DNA of 63,918 nucleotides, filler included, from an uncultured bacterium (GCA_964372275.1; 3 parts of 3 records of this genome joined end to end with filler, not necessarily neighbours in it); one strand, 5' to 3'. Shown: positions 1-10,916, counted from the whole stretch's first letter. Numbers and translations: made by a program. Notes: generated by a model not told the origin, from the sequence alone.

Positions 1-954
1 ACGACCGAGAATCCGTCGTTCGAGGTGAACGCGGCGCTTCTCTCCCGCTGCCGGGTGGAGGTGCTGCAGCCGATCGAACCGGACGCGATGCGCGGGATCC
101 TGGAGCGGGCCGCCGCCGACCGGGAGCGCGGGCTCGCAGGGGCGGTCCGGATCGCGGACGACGGTCTCGACGCGCTCGTCGGCATCGCGGCGGGGGACGC
201 GCGCCGGGGCCTGAACCTGCTCGAGCTGGCCGCCGCGACCGCCCGCGCCGACGCGCGGCGCGGGGAGGCCCCCGGCGGAGCCCGGACGGGCGGATCGCCC
301 GGGCCGACGCTCGTCGACGCGGAGCTCGTGCGTCGCCTCGCACGCTCGTCGCCGCTGCTCTACGACAAGGCGGGGGAGGAGCACTTCAACCTCGCCAGCG
401 CCTTCATCAAGAGCCTGCGGGCCGGCGATCCCGACGCGTCGATCTACTGGATGGCGCGCATGCTCGAGGCGGGGGAGGACCCGCTCTTCGTCGCGCGGAG
501 GATGACGATCTTCGCCTCCGAGGACGTCGGGAACGCCGATCCGCGCGCCCTGACGGTGGCGCTCGCCGCGTTCGACGCGTCCCACCGGGTCGGGATGCCG
601 GAGGCGCGGATGATGCTGTCGCAGGCGGCGCTCTACCTGGCGACGGCTCCGAAGAGCAATGCCGCGCTCGCCGCCTACGACGCCGCGGCCGCCGACGTCC
701 ACCGCCACGGCGCGTTGCCGACGCCGCTGCACCTGAGGAACGCGCCGACGGGCCTGATGAAGGAGATGGGGTACGGCGACGGGTACGTCGATCCGCACGG
801 CGAGCCGGGGGCGGTGGTCGACGGCGACAACCTCCCCGAGCGGCTGCGCGGCGTGCGTTACTACTGGCCGACCGATCGCGGATACGAGAAGACGATCCGC
901 GAGCGTTGGGCGGCCTGGGAGGCCGAGCGTGCGCGGCGGCGGAGGGGGCGATGA
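1..954 (+). CDS. rarA: Replication-associated recombination protein A (RarA/MgsA AAA+ ATPase), 5'-truncated
   Basis: [56 protein letters not shown] and HLRNAPT motifs; frame open at the window start. Confidence 0.95.
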   Translation, partial: TTENPSFEVNAALLSRCRVEVLQPIEPDAMRGILERAAADRERGLAGAVRIADDGLDALVGIAAGDARRGLNLLELAAATARADARRGEAPGGARTGGSPGPTLVDAELVRRLARSSPLLYDKAGEEHFNLASAFIKSLRAGDPDASIYWMARMLEAGEDPLFVARRMTIFASEDVGNADPRALTVALAAFDASHRVGMPEARMMLSQAALYLATAPKSNAALAAYDAAAADVHRHGALPTPLHLRNAPTGLMKEMGYGDGYVDPHGEPGAVVDGDNLPERLRGVRYYWPTDRGYEKTIRERWAAWEAERARRRRGR

Positions 955-1838
955 CCTCGATCGCCTGGCTGGCCGCCGCGGCGGTGATCGCCGCGTCTCC
1001 GGTCGCGGGCGACCAACCGGCGCCCACCTCCGCCGCGGGGGACGCCGAGCGGCGGCTCGAGTCGGACGTCCTCGCCTTCGCCGATCACCTGCTCGCCCAG
1101 GGGGATCCCCGCCGGGCGATCCTCGAATACGAGCGATTCCTCTTCCTCTGCCCGTCGTGCGCAGCATCGGGTCGCGCGGAGCTCTCGCTCGCCACGGCCC
1201 TGCGCCGCGCGGGTGAACCCCGCCGCGCGGCGGCGCGCGTGCAGGACCTCCTCGACCGCCGCCCGGACCTGCCGGAGGCCGGGGAGGCGTGGACGGCGCT
1301 CGGCGAGGCGCTGGAGGCGGCGGGCGATCCGGGGGCGGCTTCGGACGCCTACCGCCGATGGTCGGAACGAGCGCCGGCCGACGCCGCCGAGGCGGCGACG
1401 CGCGCCGTCCGGGCGGCCCTCCGGGCGCGCGATCCGGAGCGGGTCCGCGCGGCCGCCGGGCGAACCGGTCGCGACCTGACGGCGCTCCTCGACGCGATCG
1501 ACCGGACGCGGCCTCCGCGGCGCTCGCCGGTCGCCGCCGGGATCCTCTCGGCGGCGCTGCCCGGCGCCGGACACGCCTACGTCGGTCGTTTCCGGGAGGC
1601 GTTCAACGCCCTGGTGGTGAACGCGTTGTTCACGGCGGCGGCGGTGGTCGCCTGGCGCCAGGAATCGTACGCCGTCTCGGGGGTTGTGGGGGGGCTCGAA
1701 GTCCTGTGGTACGGCGGCAGCGTGGTGGGGGCGATCAACGCCGCCCGGCGGTGGAACGAACGGGCGGAAGCGGGGCATTGGCGGAGGCTGGAGCAGACGC
1801 ATTTCGCTCCGGCGGCGACGATCTCCTGGAGGTTCTGA
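951..1838 (+). CDS. Exported TPR-like protein with C-terminal hydrophobic segments
   Basis: ATGA overlap with rarA stop; signal peptide; helical TPR-like repeats; LSAALPGAGHAY membrane motif; ends in ISWRF. Confidence 0.7.
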   Translation: MTSIAWLAAAAVIAASPVAGDQPAPTSAAGDAERRLESDVLAFADHLLAQGDPRRAILEYERFLFLCPSCAASGRAELSLATALRRAGEPRRAAARVQDLLDRRPDLPEAGEAWTALGEALEAAGDPGAASDAYRRWSERAPADAAEAATRAVRAALRARDPERVRAAAGRTGRDLTALLDAIDRTRPPRRSPVAAGILSAALPGAGHAYVGRFREAFNALVVNALFTAAAVVAWRQESYAVSGVVGGLEVLWYGGSVVGAINAARRWNERAEAGHWRRLEQTHFAPAATISWRF

Positions 1839-3994
1839 TGGGCGGTGGGGGCCGGATCCGGGCGCGGCTCGGCGTCGCGGCGGTGGTGGTGGCGGTCGCC
1901 TGGCTCGGGATCCGGATGCTCGACCGCGGGGAGCCGGCGCCGTCGCGCAGGGAGGCGGCCGATCGTGCCGTGGCCCACGCGCGTGCCGCCTGGCCGGCCG
2001 GTTTCGCGCCCGGCGGCGAGGGGGAGCGGGATTCCGCGGCCGCGGAGCGCCGCAGCACGATCACCGGCCGGGTCGTCGACGGCGTCACCGGCAGCCCGAT
2101 CCCGGGCGCCGTCCTGGTCGCGGGTAGCGCTCGAGGGGGCGACGGCGATGCGCCGCTGCTCGAGCTCACGACCGGGGAGGACGGCCGCTTCGCCCTCGAC
2201 CCGCCGGCGGGGACGACCACGCTGACGGTGTCGGCCGACGGCTTCGCCACGCTGCATCGCTTTCTGGCGTTCACCCCCGGCACCCAGGAGCTGACGCTCG
2301 CCCTCGACGGGGCCGTCCGCCTGCGCGGCACGGTCGTCGACCGGCGCGGCGCTCCGATCGCCGGCGCATCGCTCGTCGCGACCGACGAGGAGTCGGGGGG
2401 CCGGCTCGAATCGAAGGTGGCGCACAGCGCGGCCGACGGAGCGTTCGAGATCGCCGACGCGCCGCCGGGCCGCCTGGTGGTGCGCGCGCACCATGCGACC
2501 CACGCCGGCGCCGAGCTCGAGATCGGAGGGCTGGGTCCGGGGCGCGAGCGCGACGGCATCTCGCTCGTCCTGCCCGACGCCGGCGTCGTCGCCGGGCGCG
2601 TCGTCGATTCGACCGGCGGCGCCGTCGCGGGGGCGGTCGTCCGGAGAGTCGGCGGCGGGTCGCGGAGCGAGGATCGAACGGTCGAGGCGGTGACCGACGC
2701 CGCCGGCCGCTACCGGCTCGACGCGATCCCTCCGGGCCGGCAGACCCTGGTGGCCACGGGCGAGGCCGGCACCGGGGGGGTGGAGGTCGAGATCCCGGAG
2801 GGGGGAGAGGCGGTGGTCGACATCCGGGTCGAGTCGACCTGGACCGCGCGCGGGCGGGTGACCGATGCCGCCGGCGCCCCCGTCGTGGGGGCCCGCGTGT
2901 CGACGGTCCCCCCGCAGATCGCCTGGCGCGATCGACGATCGATGATGCGATTCGCGGCGCAACGGGACCTGTGGGTGCGCGGCGCGTCGACCGACGACGA
3001 AGGCCAGTTCGAGCTGCCGGGGATGCTCGACTCCCCCGCGCCGATCGAGGTCGTGACGTCGTTCGGTCAGGCCAAAGGGGAGGCGAGCCGCGAGAGGCCG
3101 GAGGTCGAGCTCGTCCTTCCGGACGGCACCACGAGCGGGACGATCGAGGGGCGGGTGACGCGCTCGGACGGGTCCGCGTTCGACGGCGCGGCGACCGCGT
3201 TGCTTTTCGCCGGCGGCGACCCGGAGGTCGATCGTGGGTGGCGGGTGCGACGCGGTCGCTCCGTCCGGAACGAGGTGGTCGGAGGGACCTTCCGTTTCGA
3301 GGGGTTGGCCCCGGGGCGCTGGTCGGTGCAGCTCCGGGCTCCGGGGTACGCGGACGTGGCTCCGGTGGAGGTGGAGGTCTCCGCGGGCGCACGGGAGTCG
3401 GTCGAGTTCCTGCTCCCGATGCAGGGTTCGCTGCGCGGCTCGTTGCACGACGAACGGGGGCGCCCGGTGCGCGGCGCTCGCGTCAGCGCGATGCGCTCCA
3501 ACGGTGGACGCGAAGAGGGCGGACGCCTCGACTGGAGCCAGGCCTCGTTCTCCGATCCGGTCGGCCGCTTCGTGGTGGAGACCGGGGAGGGGGAGGTGTC
3601 GTTGTTCGTCTACCACCCGGAGTTCCGCTCGGAGGTGGTCCGGGGGAGGGTGGCCGCGGGACGCGTGACCGACGTCGGCGTGGTCACCCTCGAATCGGGC
3701 GAAGGACGCTCGTCGATCTTCGAGTTCGCCGGGATCGGCGCGGCGATCGGCGACGAGGAGGGGCGCTACGTCGTGCAGCGCGTCTTTCCCCGCACGCCGG
3801 CCGAACGCGCGGGGTTGCGAGACCGCGATCGACTGGTGGAGGTCGACGGCGTGCCGACCGAGGGGCTGTCGCTGGAGGACCTGATCTCCCGCATCCGTGG
3901 ACCGGAGGGGACGACGGTGAGTCTGCTCCTGTCCCGCGACGGAAATCCCGAGGCGTTCCGCCTCGACGTCACCCGCGAGCGGATCCGCAGCTAG
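1838..3994 (+). CDS. Membrane-anchored carboxypeptidase-regulatory-like (Cna-B/Ig) repeat protein with C-terminal PDZ domain
   Basis: TGATG overlap; N-terminal TM helix; repeated GRVVD..G.P..GA.V...TD..GRF.L units; PDZ motif FAGIGA...PAERAGLRDRD...IRGPEGTTV. Confidence 0.85.
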   Translation: MGGGGRIRARLGVAAVVVAVAWLGIRMLDRGEPAPSRREAADRAVAHARAAWPAGFAPGGEGERDSAAAERRSTITGRVVDGVTGSPIPGAVLVAGSARGGDGDAPLLELTTGEDGRFALDPPAGTTTLTVSADGFATLHRFLAFTPGTQELTLALDGAVRLRGTVVDRRGAPIAGASLVATDEESGGRLESKVAHSAADGAFEIADAPPGRLVVRAHHATHAGAELEIGGLGPGRERDGISLVLPDAGVVAGRVVDSTGGAVAGAVVRRVGGGSRSEDRTVEAVTDAAGRYRLDAIPPGRQTLVATGEAGTGGVEVEIPEGGEAVVDIRVESTWTARGRVTDAAGAPVVGARVSTVPPQIAWRDRRSMMRFAAQRDLWVRGASTDDEGQFELPGMLDSPAPIEVVTSFGQAKGEASRERPEVELVLPDGTTSGTIEGRVTRSDGSAFDGAATALLFAGGDPEVDRGWRVRRGRSVRNEVVGGTFRFEGLAPGRWSVQLRAPGYADVAPVEVEVSAGARESVEFLLPMQGSLRGSLHDERGRPVRGARVSAMRSNGGREEGGRLDWSQASFSDPVGRFVVETGEGEVSLFVYHPEFRSEVVRGRVAAGRVTDVGVVTLESGEGRSSIFEFAGIGAAIGDEEGRYVVQRVFPRTPAERAGLRDRDRLVEVDGVPTEGLSLEDLISRIRGPEGTTVSLLLSRDGNPEAFRLDVTRERIRS

Positions 3995-4001
3995 CGTCGG
4001 G

Positions 4002-4325
4002 CTAACGCTGGAGGCCCTTTGCGTAGCGCGCGAGCGCTTCGATCTCCTCCTCCTTCAGGGAGGAGCGCCACGACGGACAGGCGCGCTTTCCGTTGCGGAT
4101 GACGGCGCCGATCGCCGTCTCGCTGGCGCTGCTCTTGGTGAGGTCGGGAGGCGGGGGTTTCAGCTTCGCGGCGTTGGGGCCATCGCCGGCGCCGCCGCTG
4201 CCGTGGCAATAGGCGCAGTTGCGCGCGAAGAGGGAGGGACCGTCCGCGGCGAGGGCGGACCCGGACGCCGCCACCGCGCCGATCGCCGCCGCCATCGCCA
4301 TCGCCCGCATCGTCGTTCGAGTCAT
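4002..4325 (-). CDS. Monohaem class I cytochrome c, exported
   Basis: Signal peptide, LFARNCAYCHG (CxxCH), PPPPDLT, IRNGKRACPSW; ATGA overlap with the upstream gene. Confidence 0.85.
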   Translation of the reverse strand: MTRTTMRAMAMAAAIGAVAASGSALAADGPSLFARNCAYCHGSGGAGDGPNAAKLKPPPPDLTKSSASETAIGAVIRNGKRACPSWRSSLKEEEIEALARYAKGLQR

Positions 4326-6274
4326 CGGATCTCCACGGTGACGCCGTCCGCCGCCCCTTCCACGGCCGGAGCGAACTGGAGCCTCTGCGGATCGACGCGA
4401 TCCCGCAGGTGGGCCGAAATCGCTTCGCGCCGCCCGGCGAACAGGACGTCCTTGAGGACCTGCGAACGGCCGGCGCGGAGGGTGATCGTGATCAACAGGC
4501 GCCGCGCGGGGTCGTCGCGCACCCGTGCGACCAGCGGCTCGAGCTTCGCCGTCTCGGCGGGGAGCAGCTCGGTGAGGTCCTCCTCGAAAAGCGGACCGTC
4601 GTAGCGGGGAACGAGGTCGGCCGCGTTCAGGCTCCACCGCCCCTGGCGCGCGTCGAAGAAGATCTCGTAGAGGAACGGGCTGCCGGGCGAGAACGAGAAT
4701 CGATCGCGACCGGAGGGCTCGACCAGCTTCTGGTTGACGCCGGACGGCTCGGCCTTCGCGACCAGGCTCCATTCGAGGCCCGGCTGGTACGGGATCCGGT
4801 CCTCGATCACCCCTGGCGTCCTGGTACGGAGGTCGATCGACGGGGCGCCGTCGGTCGACGGCACGAGGTGCACCGAGAACTGTCCGTTCGTCGGGAGCTG
4901 GGTATCGGGCGATTTGAAGACGATGCGCAGCAGGGTGTTCGCTTTCGGGGAGTAGAGGACGACGCGATCGGTGCCCGCGTGCCGGAACCTCGGTTGGACC
5001 CAGCCGGCATAGTCCCGCTTGGTGGCGCGGACGACGTAGGGGGCGTCGGCGTGCGCCGACTCCAAGGCCCACCGTTCGATCTCGGCGATGCCGTCCTCGT
5101 TGGTCACGTTCGGACCGGCGACCTTGCTTCCGGTGCGGGCGTCGACGATCCAGACGCTGGCGTCGGCCACCGGCCGTCGATTCTCGTCGATCACGTGGAG
5201 GCGGTAGGGCGAGGTCGACCGAGTCGGCCCCACCTTCACGCGTCCCGCGGGCCCCTCGGCCGGACGTCTCCCCGCGCCCAGCGCCAGCTCGAACCCGACG
5301 TGGGCCCGCAGCGGCGCCTCTCCGGGGATCGCTTCGTGGGCGCCGGCCCCTCCCGGAGCGAGATCGACCGCGGCGAGGAGCAGCATTCCGGGACGGGCGC
5401 GATACCGGAGTCCCGGGGTGATCCGCAGGCTGCCCTCGCCGTCGGTCGATTCGAACGTCGTCTCCAGGAACGGCGCGAGCCGGTCGAGCTCGACCGCCGC
5501 GGAGAGCCCTCCGACATAGCGGGTGACGGGACCGTTCCTCCCGTAGATCCCCAACCCGCGCCGCTCTTCGGGATAGATGTGGGTCTCGTTCCGATTGCCG
5601 GCTTCGATCTCGGCGAAGACCTCCTCCCACACCCGCCACGAGCGGTCGAAGAACAGTCCGGCGTTGGCCGACAGCTCCACCCGCGTCCCGCGGCGGACCC
5701 CTCGCCAGCTGGCGAGGCCGCGCATGAAGGGGCTCGTCGCCGAGAACTCCGGCCCCCGAAGGCTGCTTCCCGACTCCCCCGACTTCCCGTAGACGAGCGT
5801 TCCGACCTCGGCCCCGACGGCGTAGGTTCCGAGTGCCCGGCGCAGGCGGCCGCCGAGGGCGACGTCACCCAGATTCGCGAACCACTCCCCGGGCACCGGC
5901 GTCTCGGGGGAGAGGTTTTTCATCTTCATGTTCCAGCCGGTCGAGCTGGCGAACGCCTCGACGCCGGCGACCGGCCGGACGGCGATACCGAGCCCGCCGC
6001 CCAGGATCGTCGTCGGGCTCTCGCGGTCGGGCGGCTCCGGGATCTCGCCGCGGTTCTCGATGTTCGCGGCGCGGAAGGTCCCCGCTCCGACGCCGGCGGC
6101 GGCGCGCATGGAGAGGACGTTGCCGTCCGGGAACGACGAGCTGACGCGCAGTCCGGGACCGTCGATCGCGGTCCACGGCTGCGATTCCTGGGCGAGGGCG
6201 CCGGCCGCGAGAAGCACGGCTCCGGCCGCGACGGCCGCGGCACCACGTCGGAAGACCCTTCGAGCCGGTATCAA
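4322..6274 (-). CDS. Outer-membrane/exported protein: beta-strand-rich N-terminus, carboxypeptidase-like domain, degenerate OmpA-like C-terminus
   Basis: Signal peptide; alternating beta strands; VIDENRRPVADASV...TNEDG Ig-type motif; C-terminal alpha/beta segment resembling OmpA_C; GGGAGAGG RBS before TTG. Confidence 0.6.
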   Translation of the reverse strand: MIPARRVFRRGAAAVAAGAVLLAAGALAQESQPWTAIDGPGLRVSSSFPDGNVLSMRAAAGVGAGTFRAANIENRGEIPEPPDRESPTTILGGGLGIAVRPVAGVEAFASSTGWNMKMKNLSPETPVPGEWFANLGDVALGGRLRRALGTYAVGAEVGTLVYGKSGESGSSLRGPEFSATSPFMRGLASWRGVRRGTRVELSANAGLFFDRSWRVWEEVFAEIEAGNRNETHIYPEERRGLGIYGRNGPVTRYVGGLSAAVELDRLAPFLETTFESTDGEGSLRITPGLRYRARPGMLLLAAVDLAPGGAGAHEAIPGEAPLRAHVGFELALGAGRRPAEGPAGRVKVGPTRSTSPYRLHVIDENRRPVADASVWIVDARTGSKVAGPNVTNEDGIAEIERWALESAHADAPYVVRATKRDYAGWVQPRFRHAGTDRVVLYSPKANTLLRIVFKSPDTQLPTNGQFSVHLVPSTDGAPSIDLRTRTPGVIEDRIPYQPGLEWSLVAKAEPSGVNQKLVEPSGRDRFSFSPGSPFLYEIFFDARQGRWSLNAADLVPRYDGPLFEEDLTELLPAETAKLEPLVARVRDDPARRLLITITLRAGRSQVLKDVLFAGRREAISAHLRDRVDPQRLQFAPAVEGAADGVTVEIR

Positions 6275-6311
6275 GACCTCTCCCGTCGCACGTCAGGATG
6301 CAGGATACGAC

Positions 6312-6767
6312 CTAATTGACCGCGGGGGTACCCTTGTTGCTCCAGGGGAGCTTGGAGATCTTCGACAGCCCCTGCGCGCGGGCGCACAGATCTCCGCGGG
6401 CATCGAGGATCTGCGCCGACGCGAAGATCGTCCGCGTTCCGGCGCGGTCGATCCAGGCCTCCGCCCGGAACGAGTCGCCGGTCACCGGTCGGAGGAAGCT
6501 CATCGAAAGTTGCATCGTCGCGCTGCGCCGGGTCGGATCGAGGAGCGCCGGCGTGCATCCGATCACCAGGTCGAAGACCGCCGCGAGGACGCCTCCGTTG
6601 ACCGCCTCGGAGCCCAGGCCGCCGCGATGTTCGGGTCGGATCTCGGCCATCGTCGCCCGCACCCGATCGCCGGCGGGAAAGTCGATCGTCACGCCGAGGA
6701 ACCGCATCGTGCGGCTGGCGTTGAACCGCTCGGCGTACCGCGCCAGGAGCTCCGGCGATGGAGGCAT
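6312..6767 (-). CDS. PaaI family (hot-dog fold) thioesterase
   Basis: NGGVLAAVFDLVIG and ATMQLSMSFLRP motifs. Confidence 0.85.
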   Translation of the reverse strand: MPPSPELLARYAERFNASRTMRFLGVTIDFPAGDRVRATMAEIRPEHRGGLGSEAVNGGVLAAVFDLVIGCTPALLDPTRRSATMQLSMSFLRPVTGDSFRAEAWIDRAGTRTIFASAQILDARGDLCARAQGLSKISKLPWSNKGTPAVN

Positions 6768-6809
6768 GCGCGCATCTTACCGCCTTCGCCGCGCGCCCCT
6801 GACCACGCG

Positions 6810-7466
6810 TCAGCGAGGGGGGTAGTGGCCGGAGCGTCCCGACGGACCCGGCGAACGCATCGGTCGGAGGTCCTCGCCCATCGGGACGATCGTCTCACCC
6901 TCGGGACGGGCCGTCCCCGATCGCCTCCGCGACGGACCCCGGAGGGCGCGGACCGCGCGGCGCCCGGTCCGCGCGATCCAGGAGTGCCGCAGCGGGTGGG
7001 GGTAGAGCGCGCCCGATCCCTCGGCCAATCCGACCTCCCCCTGCGCCGCGGCGAGCGCCCCCTTCGGCGTCGGATCGCGGTCGACGCGACGGTAGTCCCC
7101 GCGCAACAACTTCAGCGCCTGCTTCTCGCGCGCGATCTCGCCGCGACTCCAGACGCCGAAGGCACGCAGGAGGGGCGTCAGCGGCTCCGGACGGCGCAGG
7201 CCGTGGGCCAGGAGGATCGCCTGCATCGCGGCCGGCAGCAGGAGCCACCGCCGATCCCGGCGCGAGAGGGCGAGCCCGATCACCGTCGCCAGGGCCGTGC
7301 CCACCTCCACGTACGACTCGATGTCGGGGCAGCGGTCGAGCCTCTTCAACGCCCGATGGATCTCCTCCTTGGGGGCGTTCCGGAACCGCTCCAGGTCGGC
7401 GAGCGTGCGCCGGTCGATCCTCTGGTTGGCGAAAACGGGGCTGTGCTCGCGGATCGCGTCGATCAT
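6810..7466 (-). CDS. DUF2892/YgaP-like membrane protein
   Basis: NQRIDRRT...LD..PDIE....TM hairpin...LLRAFGVWSRGEIAREKQALKLLRGDY resembles this family; start uncertain. Confidence 0.55.
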   Translation of the reverse strand: MIDAIREHSPVFANQRIDRRTLADLERFRNAPKEEIHRALKRLDRCPDIESYVEVGTALATVIGLALSRRDRRWLLLPAAMQAILLAHGLRRPEPLTPLLRAFGVWSRGEIAREKQALKLLRGDYRRVDRDPTPKGALAAAQGEVGLAEGSGALYPHPLRHSWIARTGRRAVRALRGPSRRRSGTARPEGETIVPMGEDLRPMRSPGPSGRSGHYPPR

Positions 7467-7593
7467 GCGAGATCGATTGGTGACCGCGATCACCCCTTGC
7501 AAGCGGAAGAGCCCTCGGTCGCGCTCGCCGCGCGATGCGCCTCGGCGGTAAAGTGGACCTTCCAGCGGTGTTCCATCGTCCGGAGGTCCATCG

Positions 7594-9063
7594 ATGCTCG
7601 CTCGTCGACTCGCGGCCTGCTTCCTTGCGGCGGCCCTCCTCTGCGCGTGCCGCCCGGAGAAGGAGGAGAAACCTCCGACGAACATCGCGGGGTTCTGGTT
7701 CGGCTCCTGGTCCGGTGCCAACGGAAAAGGGAACGCCTTCTACATGGAGCTCGAACAGGAGGACGGCTCCGACGAGGTCCAGGGGACGATCTACTCCTCG
7801 ACCCAGAAGTCCGGGACGGTGACCGGCACCGTGTCGGGGAAGAACTTCGTCCTCGAGGCCGAATACGAGCTGGGCGAGGGCTCGACCGAGACCTACGACG
7901 GCTCCGCCTTTCTGGACGACGTGACCGGCGCCTACAACGGAACCCTGCAGGGCGAAGCGGTGAGCGGCGCGTTCTCGATGACGCCGTCGGAGCTCGCGCC
8001 GTCGACGACGACCGACGTCGAGGCGACGGTGACCGGCCTGGTGGTGGACACCACCGGCAGCCCGGTTTCGGGGGCGACGGTGGTGGTCGGCGTCGGCGAC
8101 GGGCGGAGGCAGGCGACCACCGGCTCCAGCGGGACGTTTTCGCTCTCCGCGGTTCCCGGTGGGCCGCGCGTGGCCGTCGCCTACAAGAGCGGGCTCGCCG
8201 CCGGATTCCAGCCGTTCGTTATCGACGCCGATTCCGAGACGGTCCCGTCGCTGATGCTCCCACCCGCCGCCGGGAATCCGGACGAGGCGCCGACGGTCGG
8301 GACATCGCATCCGAAGGACGGCTTCGAAACCACGAGCAGCGTCATCGTGGCCGAGGGCACGGCGATCGCCGCCGGCGGCAGCCGGGCCGTCGTCTCGATC
8401 AACGAAGGGGAGTACCTGCTGCCGCTCGACGGGACGGCCTTCACCTACGCCCTGATCCTGTCGCGCGGCGTCAACCGCGTCGTGCTCCAGGCGGCCAACG
8501 GCGTGGGCGTGACCGAGAAGACGCTCCTGATGAACGTCGACACGCCGTTCAAGCGGATTCGCGTGACGCTGGTCTGGGACACCGGCAACGCGATCGAGTC
8601 GGGAAACGAGGCGACCGAAAACGACCAGGACATGCACATCTGGTACTACCCGGAGTCGGGGGCCGAGCCGCAACACGCCGCCTATACCGACCAGATCGCC
8701 ATCACCAACGGCGAGATCGACGTCGACAACGTCTGGGGGTTCGGACCCGAGAACTTCACGATGAGCCAGGCGGGGGACGGCACCTACTACGTCGCTGTCA
8801 ACTACTACAGCGGTCCGGTCGACGGTTCGGGCTCCGAGCCGACCAACAACATCATTCGCGTCTCCCTGAACGAGGGGACCGAGGACGAGACGGTGGCGCT
8901 GTACGGTCCGTACCCGTTGACGCAGTCGAACGGGAACTCCGACTACCCGGTCACCGGGCAGACCGCGTCCTGGTGGCGGGTGGTCGACATCGACGTGCAA
9001 GACGGGATCGCGAGCATCGCTCCGGGTACGAATCCGGATCTCTCCATGCAGCTGGAGGACTGA
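7594..9063 (+). CDS. Acidic lipoprotein with carboxypeptidase-like Ig domain and YfaP/DUF2135-like C-terminal domain
   Basis: Lipobox LLCAC; VTLVWD...DQDMHIW...GEIDVDNVWGFGPENFT....GTYYVAVNYY. Confidence 0.75.
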   Translation: MLARRLAACFLAAALLCACRPEKEEKPPTNIAGFWFGSWSGANGKGNAFYMELEQEDGSDEVQGTIYSSTQKSGTVTGTVSGKNFVLEAEYELGEGSTETYDGSAFLDDVTGAYNGTLQGEAVSGAFSMTPSELAPSTTTDVEATVTGLVVDTTGSPVSGATVVVGVGDGRRQATTGSSGTFSLSAVPGGPRVAVAYKSGLAAGFQPFVIDADSETVPSLMLPPAAGNPDEAPTVGTSHPKDGFETTSSVIVAEGTAIAAGGSRAVVSINEGEYLLPLDGTAFTYALILSRGVNRVVLQAANGVGVTEKTLLMNVDTPFKRIRVTLVWDTGNAIESGNEATENDQDMHIWYYPESGAEPQHAAYTDQIAITNGEIDVDNVWGFGPENFTMSQAGDGTYYVAVNYYSGPVDGSGSEPTNNIIRVSLNEGTEDETVALYGPYPLTQSNGNSDYPVTGQTASWWRVVDIDVQDGIASIAPGTNPDLSMQLED

Positions 9064-9099
9064 CGTCCGGCTGCCGCGGCGGCCAGGTTGCCGAAGACG

Positions 9100-9840
9100 T
9101 CATCCGGCGGCGCGGGCGCGGGCGCGATCGGCGAGGACGCGAGGCCAGCGGTCCTTGGTCCAGGGGACGACGGCAAGCCCGTGAGCGCGGGCGAAGCGGA
9201 CGAGCTCGCGAACCTCGCGCAGGCGCGCGCCGACGGCGGCCATCAGCTCCCCTTCCTCGTCGAAGCCGAGCGCCTGGAGCAGCGGCGCGAGATCGTCGTC
9301 CCAGGCGCGGCGCAGGGCGTCGGCGGCCGCCTCGTCGGAGGTCGACTCGAGCGCACCGGCGAACCGGTCCGATCCCCAGCGCTCGAACGCCTCCCGGACC
9401 TCGGACGCGCCGATCATCGTCCCTTCGACGGCGGAGGCGACCGCGAGGATCTCGTCCGGCGTCAGCTCGGGCAGGCGCGTCACCTCGGCCCAGCGGATCA
9501 ACCGGTCGTCGACCGCGGTCTCGTCGCGCTCGTCCGGCGTCCGCGAGAACCAGCGCCACGGCGCTCCGCGGCCGCGAAGGGCGCGCAGGTTCTCCGCCAG
9601 CGGACGACCGCGCAGGGAGCGCCGCGAAAGCGACTCGACCGCGACGTCGAGGCCGGCGAGCTCGGCGGCGGCCGGGCGTCCCGGGACCGGGCCGGCGATC
9701 GGCCGCGCGAGCGGCGCCTTTTCCGAGAGGCGGCGGAGGAGGGCGGAGACCGGCTCGGTCCGCCAGGCGCGGTCGACGCTCTCCAGGTCGACCACGCGAA
9801 GCGACCCTTTGGCGAGGAGCGCGGGCCGGCGGGCGCTCAT
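9100..9840 (-). CDS. Hypothetical protein
   Basis: 246-aa ORF with coding-like composition downstream of purE; no recognised motif. Confidence 0.5.
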   Translation of the reverse strand: MSARRPALLAKGSLRVVDLESVDRAWRTEPVSALLRRLSEKAPLARPIAGPVPGRPAAAELAGLDVAVESLSRRSLRGRPLAENLRALRGRGAPWRWFSRTPDERDETAVDDRLIRWAEVTRLPELTPDEILAVASAVEGTMIGASEVREAFERWGSDRFAGALESTSDEAAADALRRAWDDDLAPLLQALGFDEEGELMAAVGARLREVRELVRFARAHGLAVVPWTKDRWPRVLADRARARAAG

Positions 9841-9883
9841 CGGACGCGGCGTTTCGCGACGCGGAGCATGGACGGGATGCGCA

Positions 9884-10384
<501 letters not shown>

Positions 10385-10397
10385 GGGACGCGCATCT

Positions 10398-10426
10398 TTG
10401 CACGCGAAACGGGGACGCGCTAGGGT
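10398..10426 (+). promoter_or_regulatory. Putative sigma70-type promoter for the 10437 gene
   Basis: TTGCAC-N17-TAGGGT. Confidence 0.45.
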
Positions 10427-10436
10427 GTGGCACGCC

Positions 10437-10916
10437 ATGAGCCGACGGCGCGAAGGCCGAGACCACTACGACCGCCCCTCCTGGAGCGAGATCGACAAGC
10501 GGCGGGGGAAGAAGGGGACCGCCGCCCCCTCCCGACCGCCCCCGGAGCCGAACCGTTACCAGCAGAAGGTGATGGACGAGAAGTTCCACAGCCTCTTCGT
10601 CGATCCGAAGAAGGAGGCCGCCCTCAAGAAGGTCCGGGAGGAGGTGGGGAAGGAGGGGTTCGTTGCGGCGCTCGACGCCTACCACGCCTCGTACGGCCTT
10701 CCCGACGAGTACGATCTCCTGCAGGTGGTGCTCGAGGCCCACCACGCGCCGGCGTTGCGGGTCGCGGCCCTGGAACGGATGGACCAGTCGGTCGACGCGC
10801 AGGCGGAGTCGACGCGAACCGTCTTCAGGAGCCGGGTGAAGCTCCTGGCGCTGACGGCGCGCGAGCCGGCGGTCAAGAAGGCGGCGTCGCGAATCGCCAA
10901 GGCCCGCGGTTTCTAG
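10437..10916 (+). CDS. Hypothetical basic helical protein
   Basis: MSRRREGRDHYDRPSWSEIDKRR..., Lys-rich, coding-like codon usage. Confidence 0.65.
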   Translation: MSRRREGRDHYDRPSWSEIDKRRGKKGTAAPSRPPPEPNRYQQKVMDEKFHSLFVDPKKEAALKKVREEVGKEGFVAALDAYHASYGLPDEYDLLQVVLEAHHAPALRVAALERMDQSVDAQAESTRTVFRSRVKLLALTAREPAVKKAASRIAKARGF

